Source of the DNA: an uncultured Solirubrobacterales bacterium
Lineage (GTDB): Bacteria; Actinomycetota; Thermoleophilia; Solirubrobacterales; 70-9
Assembly (NCBI GenBank): GCA_963823275.1
Contig: CAWGKW010000001.1
Coordinates: 220,969-284,968 of the forward strand
Direction of reading: 5' to 3'
DNA length: 64,000 bases
Notes under the pieces: generated by a model
The model's database searches: none
Seen by the model: only the letters and a program-made list of their open reading frames with translations
What the model was told of the DNA's origin: nothing
Made by a program: the position numbers and the translations under genes
Shown: positions 56,226 through 64,000 of the stretch, piece by piece
How positions within the stretch are numbered: position 1 is the stretch's first letter
How the letters are laid out: each line of letters starts with the position of its first letter

Positions 56226-57639
56226 TCAGCTGCGTTGGTCGCCGAACCGCGCGAGGGCCTCGTCGCGAGACTCGAACAGGTCGACGAGCGGCTCCGGGTA
56301 GTCCTCGCCGATCATGCAGCCGGCCTCCCGCTGCACGTCCTCCGGCGCCTCCCAAGGCGTCGGGAGGTGCGGGTCGGGAAGCTCCCGGATCTCGGGAACC
56401 CAGCGGCGCACGTAGGTACCGTCGGGATCGAAGCGCTTCTGCTGGCGGACCGGGTTGAAGATCCGGAAGTAGGGCTGGGGGTCGACGCCCGTCGAGGCCG
56501 ACCACTGCCAGTTGCCGTTGTTCTGGGACTCGTCGCCGTCGAGCAGATGGTGCATGAAGTGGGCCTCGCCCTCACGCCAGTCGATCAGCAGGTTCTTGGT
56601 CAGATAGGAGGCGACCGCCATTCGCACCCTGTTGTGCATCCAGCCCTCGGCGAGCAGCTGTCGCATCCCGGCGTCGATCCAGGGGACGCCGGTCCGGCCC
56701 TCCTTCCAGGCCTCGAGCGAGTCGGGGTCGTCGTTCCACCGCATCCCGCGGAAGCGCTCGTCGTACTCCTCGGTCCGGTTGCCGGGGAAGTGGCGGATCA
56801 CGTTGAGGTAGAAGTCGCGCCAGCAGACCTGCCGCCGCAGTGCGTCGGCGCCGTTGCCGCGCTCGGCGGCCAGCAGACTCTCGAGCTCCCACGCCGAAAC
56901 CGTGCCGAAGTGGAGCGCCGGTGACAGCCGCGTCGTCCGGTCGATCCCCGGAAGGTCGCGGATCTCCTTGTAGTCGGCGCTGCCATCGACGGCTTTGAGC
57001 ATCCGCTCGCGCCCAAGCTTCTCGCCGGACCCGTAGGCCTCGCAGATCCGCTTCGCTTCGGCGTCGATCCCCATGTCGGCCTCGCTCGGCGGGCGCCCGA
57101 TCGCGAGTCTGGACGCTCCCTTCGGCGGTTTCAGCTTTCGCGGTCGAGACGCCTCCTCGCGTCGCGGCGCCTTCAACCACGCTTTGTAGAATGGCGTGAA
57201 GACGCGGAACGGCCCACCCTCGCCGGTGGCGATCTGCGCCGGCTCCGCACAGGTCAGGCCGGTGTGACCGACAAGCTCGCGGCCGTCGCCGGCGAGCGCT
57301 TCGGAGACCGCCTGATCCCGCCTGCGGGAATGAACGGTGTGGTCGCGGTTGACGTGCACCTCCGCCGCCCCGACCTGAGCGGCGAGGGCCGGAATCTCGC
57401 TCGCCGGATCCCCGTGTCGGTAGTGCAGCCGCGATCCGGTCGCCTTCAGGCTTCTCGTCGAGCTCCCGCAGCGATGCGAGCAGGTAGGCGTTGCGGTTCG
57501 GCGAGGCATGCCGCCCGCTCGTCAGGCCCTGCTCGAAGCAGAAGACGGCAATCAATCCCTCGGCGAGTGCGGCCGCGGCCAGGGCCGGGTTGTCGGCGAG
57601 CCGCAGGTCGCGGCGAAACCAGATGATTGCGACTCTCAC
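56226..57639 (-). pseudogene. phr: deoxyribodipyrimidine photolyase/cryptochrome family, interrupted by a +1 frameshift
   Basis: The N-terminus is in ORF 56572..57639 (MRVAIIWFRRDLRLADNPAL...LLASLRELDE). The rest is in ORF 56226..57509 (SLKATGSRLHY...TRLSPALHFG...WREGEAHFMHHLLDGD..NNGNWQW). The junction is near 57450-57457. Confidence 0.8.
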
Positions 57640-57753
57640 GTCCGCACCCGTTCCCCGCTCGAGAGCCGCTCAAGCATCGAGGCCCACCCCCGGCGAACGG
57701 AGGTTGCGTGTAGGGTCCAGCGCGGTTTTGTCGACTCTGGAGTGTGTTTGAAC

Positions 57754-59892
57754 ATGGGGTACTTCGTCACCGGCGCAACGGGTTTCATCGGGCGCAACCT
57801 GGTCGAGCTTCTGCTCGAGCGCGAGGGTACGATCTACGTGCTGGTTCGCGAGGGCTCCCAGGGCCGGCTGGCCGAGCTCCGCAATCGCTGGGGAGTGGAT
57901 GAGGATCGCGTCGTCGGCATCGTCGGCGATCTCTCCCAGCATCGGCTCGGCGTCTCCGACGACGATCTCAAGCGTCTCCGGGGCAACGTCGACCATCTCT
58001 TCCATCTCGCGGCGATCTATGACATGAAGGCCGATGCGGAGTCCCAGCGGGTCGCGAACGTCGAGGGCACACTCCACATGGTGCAGCTTGCCGAGGCGGT
58101 CAAGGCGGGTCGCGTCCACATGGTCAGCTCGATCGCAGCCGCCGGCCTCTACAAGGGCACCTGGCGTGAGGACATGTTCGACGAGGCCCAGAACCTCGAC
58201 ATCAACCCCTACTTCCGGACCAAGCACGAGTCCGAGCGGGTCGTCCGCGACGAGTGCGAGCAGCCCTGGCGGGTCTACCGCCCAGGGATCGTCGTCGGCA
58301 ACTCCGAGACCGGCGAGATGGACAAGATCGACGGGCCGTACTACTTCTTCAAGCTGATCCGGAGAATCCGCCAGGTGGTGCCGGCCTGGATGCCGATGCC
58401 CGGCGTCGAGGGCCGCGAGATCAACATCGTCCCGGTCGACTTCGTCGTCAAGGCGATGGATCACATCGCCCATCTCGACGGGCTCGACGGGCGGGCCTTC
58501 AGCCTCACCGATCCCGATCCGCTCAGCGCCGGCGAGGTCATCGACGTCTTCGCCAGGGCCGCCCACGCACCCCAATCCTCGCTTCGGGCCCCCGCCTCCG
58601 TGACCGAGGGAATTCAGCCGTTTCTCAACCTGGGGCTCTCGAACGTCCCCTTCGCCAACGGCATCACCGATCGGGTTCTCGCCGACTTCGGCGTGCCGCG
58701 GTCGGTCCTGGTCTATCTCAACTACCCGACTCACTTCGACTCCCGTCGCACGCAGGCCGCACTCGCCGGGACCGGTATCAAGGTGCCGCCGCTGGAGGCC
58801 TACGCGGGCAAGCTCTGGGACTACTGGGCCCGCCACCTCGACCCCGATCTGTACCGCGACAACACCCTCGTCGGGGCCGCGCGGGGCCGTGCCGGGATCG
58901 TCGGAGGTCTGACGCAGATCCTCGAGGCGCAGATCCCAGACGAGCTGATGCGCTTCGGGCGCAAGCTGCAGGGCACAGCCTCGCTCGAGAAGGAGGTCGG
59001 CGGCAAGGTCGTGATGGTCACGGGCGCGTCCTCGGGAATCGGCAAGGCGGCGGCGCTCAAGGTCGCCGATGCCGGCGGGATCGTCCTGCTCGTCGCCAGG
59101 ACTCCCGAGAAGCTCGAGGAGACCCGCGATCAGATCGAGGACGGAGGCGGGATCGCCCATATCCATCGCTGCGACCTCTCCGACGTCGACGACATCGACC
59201 GGATGGCCGCCGAGGTGCTCGAACAGCACGACAACGTCGACGTCCTGATCAATAACGCCGGCCGCTCGATCAGGCGCTCGATCGCGCTCGCCTACGACCG
59301 CTTCCACGACTTCGAGCGGACGATGCAGCTCAACTACTTCGGCCCGGTGCGGCTGATCCTCCGCCTGCTGCCGACGATGCGCCAGCGCCGCTCCGGCCAG
59401 ATCATCAACGTGAGTTCGATCGGCGTGCAGACCAACATGCCGAGGTTCTCCGCCTACGTGGCCTCGAAGTCGGCCCTCGACGCGTTCTCTCGTTGTATCG
59501 CCTCCGAGATCATCGACGACAAGGTCCACATCACGACGATCCACATGCCGCTGGTGCGGACGCCGATGATCGCTCCGACCAAGATGTACGACAAGTTCCC
59601 GACGATCACCCCCGACGAGGCCGCCGACATGCTCTGCGACGCGATCATCTACAAGCCGAAGCGGATCGCCACGCCGGTCGGGACGCTCGGACAGGTCCTC
59701 TACGCGATCAACCCGAAGTCAATCGACTACATCCTCAACAGCGCCTACCACATGTTTCCCGACTCGACGGCTGCCAAGGGCGACAAGCCGAAAACGGCTC
59801 CCTCAACCTCATCACGCGGAACCACGACCGACGAGCAGGCGAACAACCAGCAGCTTGCGTTCGCGTATCTGATGCGCGGCATGCACTGGTAG
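57754..59892 (+). CDS. two-domain fatty acyl-CoA reductase-like protein (NAD_binding_4 reductase plus SDR domain; AcrA1/FcrA- and Marinobacter FAR-like)
   Basis: ATG 57754 gives MGYFVTGATGFIGRNL...YFRTKHESE. The second Rossmann domain has GKVVMVTGASSGIGKAAAL...YVASKSAL. Confidence 0.75.
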   Translation: MGYFVTGATGFIGRNLVELLLEREGTIYVLVREGSQGRLAELRNRWGVDEDRVVGIVGDLSQHRLGVSDDDLKRLRGNVDHLFHLAAIYDMKADAESQRVANVEGTLHMVQLAEAVKAGRVHMVSSIAAAGLYKGTWREDMFDEAQNLDINPYFRTKHESERVVRDECEQPWRVYRPGIVVGNSETGEMDKIDGPYYFFKLIRRIRQVVPAWMPMPGVEGREINIVPVDFVVKAMDHIAHLDGLDGRAFSLTDPDPLSAGEVIDVFARAAHAPQSSLRAPASVTEGIQPFLNLGLSNVPFANGITDRVLADFGVPRSVLVYLNYPTHFDSRRTQAALAGTGIKVPPLEAYAGKLWDYWARHLDPDLYRDNTLVGAARGRAGIVGGLTQILEAQIPDELMRFGRKLQGTASLEKEVGGKVVMVTGASSGIGKAAALKVADAGGIVLLVARTPEKLEETRDQIEDGGGIAHIHRCDLSDVDDIDRMAAEVLEQHDNVDVLINNAGRSIRRSIALAYDRFHDFERTMQLNYFGPVRLILRLLPTMRQRRSGQIINVSSIGVQTNMPRFSAYVASKSALDAFSRCIASEIIDDKVHITTIHMPLVRTPMIAPTKMYDKFPTITPDEAADMLCDAIIYKPKRIATPVGTLGQVLYAINPKSIDYILNSAYHMFPDSTAAKGDKPKTAPSTSSRGTTTDEQANNQQLAFAYLMRGMHW

Positions 59893-59940
59893 CGGTCGCG
59901 AGCCCCGACCGCAGCCGCCCGCTGCCGAGGAATCGCGCCG

Positions 59941-61515
59941 ATGCCGGCTGAGCCAGGATTCGACTGCGACGTCGCCGTGGTCGGCAGCGGATTCGGCGGG
60001 GCCGCCAGTGCTCTGCGGCTCGCCGAGCGGGGTATGGACGTCGTCGTGGTCGAACGCGGTCGCCGGCTGAGCCCCTCCGATCTCGAGGCTGGGCGGAGCG
60101 ATCCGCGGGCATTGCTCTACGACCCTCGGCTCGGGCTGCGGCGCGGGTACTTCTGGCAGCGCTTCTTCCGCGACGTCGGGATCATCGGGGCGACGGGGGT
60201 CGGGGGCGGAAGCATCGTCTGGGGCGCCGTGTTGCTCGAGCCGCCGCGGAGGTTCTACGAGGACGCCAGCTGGGCGGGACTGGCCGACTGGGAGGCGGAG
60301 CTCGCTCCCCATCTGGCCGAGGCGGCCCGCATGCTCGGGAGGCAGACGAATCCGCACCTGGGGGAGATGGACGAGCACCTGCGCGCGGCCGCCGAGGCCG
60401 TCGGTGCCGGCGATACGTTCGGGCCGGTGCCGCTCGCGATCCATTTCGGATCCGGGCCGGGGGAGAGGTCGGCGGACCCCTACCTCGGCGGCGAGGGGCC
60501 CGAGCGGACGGGCTGCCTGCTCTGCGGCGGCTGTCTCGCCGGCTGCCCCTACGGGGCCAAGAACACGCTTGATCTCAACTACCTGCACCTGGCGGAGCGG
60601 CGCGGCGCTCGGATTCGGCCCGAGCACGAGGTGGCCGCGATCACCCCGCTCGGGGCGGCGGGTTACGAGCTGGCGCTCAGCGGCCGCCCACCGTTGCGCG
60701 CCCGGCGGGTGGTGGTGGCGGCGGGCGTGCTCGGAACCCTGGAGCTGTTGCTTCGCTGCCGTGACGAGCTGGGCACCCTGCCGCGGATTTCGCCACGCCT
60801 CGGCCACGCCGTTCGGACCAATAGCGAGGCGGTCACCGCGGTCATGCAGCCGCCGGGAGACGACCTCTCGGTCGGCCCCTCGATCTCGAGCGACTTCCAT
60901 CCGGACGAGCGCACCCACGTAACCCAGAACCGCTACGTCGGCGGCGGCCACATGCGCTGGATGCTCGGACCGCTGACGGACGGGGAATACCCGGCCGGGC
61001 GCCGCCGCCGCACGCTGGCGGCGATCGCCCGCTCGCCGATCGCGCAGCTGCGCCTGTTCGGCACCAGGGACATCGAGCGCAGGCTCTCGGCGCTGACGGT
61101 CATGCAGGACGTCGAGAGCGAGCTCCAGTTTCTCTGGGGCCGATCGCCGCTGCGCCCGTGGCGGCGGGTGCTCCGCAGTCGGGCTCTGCCGGGAAGGCGG
61201 CCGCCGAGCTACATGCCGATCGCCAATCGCGTGACGCGGGCGTTCGCCGAGGCGTCGGGTGGGACCCCCCTCAACCTGCTTCCGGAGAGCGTCGGCGGCC
61301 TGTCGGTGACGGCCCACATCCTCGGCGGTGCCGCGATCGGCGCCGATCCCGTATCCGGCGTGATCGATTCCCGGCATCAGGTCTTCGGTCACCCGGGCCT
61401 TTATGTGGCGGACGCCAGCGCGATCCCGGCCAACCTCGGGGTGAACCCGAGCCTGACGATCACGGCGATGGCCGAGCGTTTCGCGGCCCTGATGCCGAAG
61501 CCGGAAGCTCCCTAG
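59941..61515 (+). CDS. GMC-family FAD oxidoreductase (cholesterol/long-chain-alcohol oxidase-like)
   Basis: DVAVVGSGFGGAASALRLAERG FAD fold and a C-terminal GMC block (HILGGAAIGADP...VADASAIPANLGVNPSLTI). Confidence 0.8.
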   Translation: MPAEPGFDCDVAVVGSGFGGAASALRLAERGMDVVVVERGRRLSPSDLEAGRSDPRALLYDPRLGLRRGYFWQRFFRDVGIIGATGVGGGSIVWGAVLLEPPRRFYEDASWAGLADWEAELAPHLAEAARMLGRQTNPHLGEMDEHLRAAAEAVGAGDTFGPVPLAIHFGSGPGERSADPYLGGEGPERTGCLLCGGCLAGCPYGAKNTLDLNYLHLAERRGARIRPEHEVAAITPLGAAGYELALSGRPPLRARRVVVAAGVLGTLELLLRCRDELGTLPRISPRLGHAVRTNSEAVTAVMQPPGDDLSVGPSISSDFHPDERTHVTQNRYVGGGHMRWMLGPLTDGEYPAGRRRRTLAAIARSPIAQLRLFGTRDIERRLSALTVMQDVESELQFLWGRSPLRPWRRVLRSRALPGRRPPSYMPIANRVTRAFAEASGGTPLNLLPESVGGLSVTAHILGGAAIGADPVSGVIDSRHQVFGHPGLYVADASAIPANLGVNPSLTITAMAERFAALMPKPEAP

Positions 61516-62501
61516 CCGAGCATCCCCGCAGCGCGCAGCCAGGCCTCGGTCCGGCGCATGCCCTCGGTCAGGTCGACCTCGGGCTCGAAGCCGAGCACCC
61601 GCCGCGCCTTCTGAATCGAGTACGTGCCGGTGCGGGTCATGTAGATGACCGACGATCGCCGCAGCTCCGTCGTGTCGCCGCCGATCCAGGCGGTCACCTC
61701 CGGGATCGTCGATAGCGCCATCGCAACCGGGGTGGGGACGCGTCGCGGCGCCGGCTTGCCGAGCATCCGCGAGTAGTTGCCGAAGAATTGGTTGCAGCTG
61801 ACCCCGACGCCGCCCGAGATCGTGAAGACCTCGCCGATCGCCTCTGGGGCCCGAGCGGCGAGCAGCACGCCGGAGACGAGGTCGTCGACGTAGATCGGGC
61901 TGTGGATGCCGCGGCCCATCGCCGGCAGGAAGAAGCGGCCGGCGGAGATCGCCTCGACCGGCAGGACCGTCCACGGCCGCGAGCCCGGCCCGTAGACGTC
62001 GCCCGGCCGGATCACCGTGCAATCGATCTCACCGGCGGCGTGGGCCTGCAGCACGACCTGTTCGGAGGCGATCTTGGTGTCGACGTAGGTGTGGCCGTCG
62101 GGGCGAACCGGATGGAGCTCGGTGACCTCGTCGGGAAAGCCGACGTCGCCGAAGGCGCGGACCGAGGAGAAGTGGACGAAGCGTCCTGCGCCCGCCCGCA
62201 CCGCCGCGTCCAGGGCGTGGCGGGTGCCGAGCACGTTGACACGCCAGGCCTCGTCAGCTGAGGCGGCATTGGAGACGATCGCGGCGGTGTGGATGACGGT
62301 GTCGCAGCCCGACCCGGCGTCCTGCCAGGGACCGGGGACGCCCACGTTCCCGGCCACCGCCCCGGCCTCGGGGTCGGCGACGACGTCCACGCCCCGCACC
62401 GCAACGCCCTCCGAACGCAATCGGCCCGCCAGGGTCCTGCCGATGAACCCTGAGGCCCCGGTGATCAGCACAGCCTCCAAGCGACGCACCCTACATCTCA
62501 T
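61512..62501 (-). CDS. NAD-dependent epimerase/dehydratase (3-beta-HSD-like) family protein
   Basis: VLITGASGFIGRTLAGRL Rossmann start and a YVDTK catalytic pair. I trimmed to ATG 62501 (the track goes to 62639). Confidence 0.75.
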   Translation of the reverse strand: MRCRVRRLEAVLITGASGFIGRTLAGRLRSEGVAVRGVDVVADPEAGAVAGNVGVPGPWQDAGSGCDTVIHTAAIVSNAASADEAWRVNVLGTRHALDAAVRAGAGRFVHFSSVRAFGDVGFPDEVTELHPVRPDGHTYVDTKIASEQVVLQAHAAGEIDCTVIRPGDVYGPGSRPWTVLPVEAISAGRFFLPAMGRGIHSPIYVDDLVSGVLLAARAPEAIGEVFTISGGVGVSCNQFFGNYSRMLGKPAPRRVPTPVAMALSTIPEVTAWIGGDTTELRRSSVIYMTRTGTYSIQKARRVLGFEPEVDLTEGMRRTEAWLRAAGMLG

Positions 62502-62572
62502 GACCGGCGCAAAGACCGGCGTCGGCGATCGACCAATTGCAGCGCCGTCAGCGCCGCGATCTGTGAATCGCG

Positions 62573-62809
62573 CTAGGCAGCCAGGTCGTCGTAGCCGCTG
62601 ACGCGGCGGCGGCGTCTCGCCTCCGAGATGCCGGACCAACCCGCGTTGAACGCGAGCGCCTCGGCGAAGCGCACCGCCTTGGGGGATGCCTCGATTCTCG
62701 ATCCGTCGATTGCGCTGATCCTCGTCGGCAGGACGGCATCACCGTGCTCGAAACCCTCGTGCAGGTCAACCAACTCCTGCCAGCGGTCGTTGCTGGTCTC
62801 GTCTCGCAT
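62573..62809 (-). CDS. hypothetical small protein
   Basis: 78-aa ORF with no recognisable family. Retained only for its codon-like composition and position upstream of the epimerase gene. Confidence 0.3.
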   Translation of the reverse strand: MRDETSNDRWQELVDLHEGFEHGDAVLPTRISAIDGSRIEASPKAVRFAEALAFNAGWSGISEARRRRRVSGYDDLAA

Positions 62810-62861
62810 GCCCTCTTCTCCCGTAGACGGGGACTTGATGCCGAAACTGTAGGTCTAGTGT

Positions 62862-62879
62862 CAGACGTAACAACGTCTG
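62862..62879. promoter_or_regulatory. perfect palindrome CAGACGT-aaca-ACGTCTG (candidate operator)
   Basis: Read directly in the divergent intergenic region. It is flanked by CCGAAACTG copies at 62841 and 62892. Confidence 0.4.
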
Positions 62880-62955
62880 GGGCCGAAACCGCCGAAACTG
62901 ACTCCGCAAACTGCGCTTTCTATGCATTCGGGGCCGGGTGAGTAAGGTCGGGGCG

Positions 62956-64000
62956 ATGGAAGCCGGACGCAGGGGAGCGCGAAGCCATTGGGGTTGGGGT
63001 TACGCCGACCGCGCCCCCGACCGGGCTTCGCTGGAGGCGATCGCGCCGGAGCTTCGGCGCCGTCTGGGCTTCGGTGGCGATTCGATCGAGGAGCCCGTGC
63101 CACTCGGGGCGATCGAGCTTGCGCCCCCCCGCTTGCGCCCCCCCGATTCGCTCGCCGACATGCTCAGCGCCGAGCCACCCGATCGGATCAGGCACTCGAT
63201 GGGTCGCGGCTATCGCGATGTCGTCCGCGGCTTCCGCGGGCGCTTCGACCGCACTCCCGACATGGTCGCCTTCCCGCGCGATGAGGAGGACGTTCGCCGG
63301 GTGCTCGAGATGTGCACCGAGCGCCGACTCGCGGCGATTCCCTTCGGCGGCGGGACGAGCGTCGTCGGTGGGGTCGAACCCCGGGTCGGGCACGGCTACC
63401 GTGGGACCGTCTCGATCGACCTCGGGGCGCTGAGCGGCATCGTCGAGATCGACGAGGTGTCCAACTCTGCGCTGATCGGGGCGGGAACCCTCGGACCCGA
63501 CCTCGAGGACGGCCTGCGACCGCACGGCCTCACCCTGCGCCACTTCCCCCAGTCGTTCGAGTTCTCGACCCTCGGCGGCTGGATCGCCACCAGGGCGGGA
63601 GGCCACTTCGCGACCCTGCAGACCCACATCGACGACCTGGTCCTCTCGATCCGGGCGCTGACTCCCACCGGGGCCTGGGAGAGTCGCCGGTTGCCGGGGT
63701 CGGGCGCCGGACCCAGTCCCGACCGCATGTTGCTCGGGTCCGAGGGAGTCCTCGGGGTGATCACCGAGGCCTGGGTTCAGGTGCGCCCACGCCCGCGGTT
63801 CAAGGCATCGCGGCCGGTCCTCTTCGAGAGCTTCGCCGCCGGCGCCGAGGCGGCTCGGGTGATCGCTCAGTCGGGCCTCAATCCCTCGAACTGCCGTCTC
63901 CTTGATCCACTCGAGGCGGAGACCACGGGCGCCGGCGACGGCACCTCCGCGGTGCTGATCCTGGGCTTCGAGTCCGACTTCGCTCCCGTCGACGAGTCCC
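62956..64000 (+). CDS. FAD-linked oxidase, alkyldihydroxyacetonephosphate-synthase (AGPS)-like; 3' end runs off the window
   Basis: Absent from the track (no stop). My translation is MEAGRRGARSHWGWGYADRAPD...DRIRHSMGRGYRDVVRGFRG...MVAFPRDEEDVRRVLEMCTERRLAAIPFGGGTSVVGG...FPQSFEFSTLGGWIATRAGGHF. Confidence 0.8.
   Translation, partial: MEAGRRGARSHWGWGYADRAPDRASLEAIAPELRRRLGFGGDSIEEPVPLGAIELAPPRLRPPDSLADMLSAEPPDRIRHSMGRGYRDVVRGFRGRFDRTPDMVAFPRDEEDVRRVLEMCTERRLAAIPFGGGTSVVGGVEPRVGHGYRGTVSIDLGALSGIVEIDEVSNSALIGAGTLGPDLEDGLRPHGLTLRHFPQSFEFSTLGGWIATRAGGHFATLQTHIDDLVLSIRALTPTGAWESRRLPGSGAGPSPDRMLLGSEGVLGVITEAWVQVRPRPRFKASRPVLFESFAAGAEAARVIAQSGLNPSNCRLLDPLEAETTGAGDGTSAVLILGFESDFAPVDES

Noticed and set aside
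1-64000. Scan for tRNA (GGTTCGAATCC-type T-loops), rRNA, RNase P/SRP/tmRNA cores, transposases, integrases, phage genes and defence-system genes.
   Set aside because: Nothing was recognised by eye. An automated scan (tRNAscan-SE, Infernal/Rfam, ISfinder, DefenseFinder) would be needed to exclude them formally.

Overview
Visibly high-G+C (about two-thirds by eye, not computed), gene-dense chromosomal segment. It looks actinobacterial: LLM/F420-type oxidoreductase, Rpf-like transglycosylase, Kgd/OdhA-type fused 2-oxoglutarate dehydrogenase, CHAD and PucR genes. The taxonomic call is inference only. I support about 55 protein-coding genes on both strands. I recognised no rRNA, tRNA, CRISPR array, transposase or integrase. 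The ORF track uses longest ORFs with alternative starts, so many long R/P/G-rich antisense ORFs are high-GC artefacts. Two real genes that run off the window ends are missing from the track: PPK2 at 1-824 and an AGPS-like flavoprotein at 62956-64000. There are three functional themes. (1) 1-27.5 kb is an unusually dense phosphate/polyphosphate neighbourhood. It holds PPK2, two metallophosphoesterases, a MacB-type ABC pair co-oriented with a CYTH protein, an orphan OmpR/PhoB-type regulator, pstSCAB-phoU plus DUF47, Ppx/GppA, a split CHAD pair, a PHP-glycosyltransferase fusion and PPK1. (2) 27.5-45.3 kb is polyamine/amino-group catabolism: a PuuB-like oxidase, a Pot-type ABC importer, a class III aminotransferase, three aldehyde dehydrogenases including an MmsA-like one, alanine dehydrogenase and a PucR regulator. 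(3) 45.4-64 kb holds an NlpC/P60 hydrolase behind a probable ydaO-type c-di-AMP riboswitch, aconitase, a full E2o-E1o fusion with two lipoyl domains, a photolyase, and a lipid-type cluster (two-domain fatty acyl-CoA reductase, GMC oxidoreductase, epimerase, AGPS-like flavoprotein). Non-coding highlights: 11-bp-phased TTCACA direct repeats (PHO-box-like) upstream of the regulator, pstS and the PHP-GT/ppk1 operon. Two perfect TGTGA-N6-TCACA (CRP-type) palindromes lie upstream of cell-wall hydrolase genes. Two families of intergenic hairpin repeats occur, and three long (300-580 nt) structured non-coding regions contain them. Three genes (ppk1, photolyase, a TIM-barrel isomerase) are interrupted by frameshifts, and potA may have an indel near its start. 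From sequence alone I cannot tell genuine pseudogenes from assembly indels.
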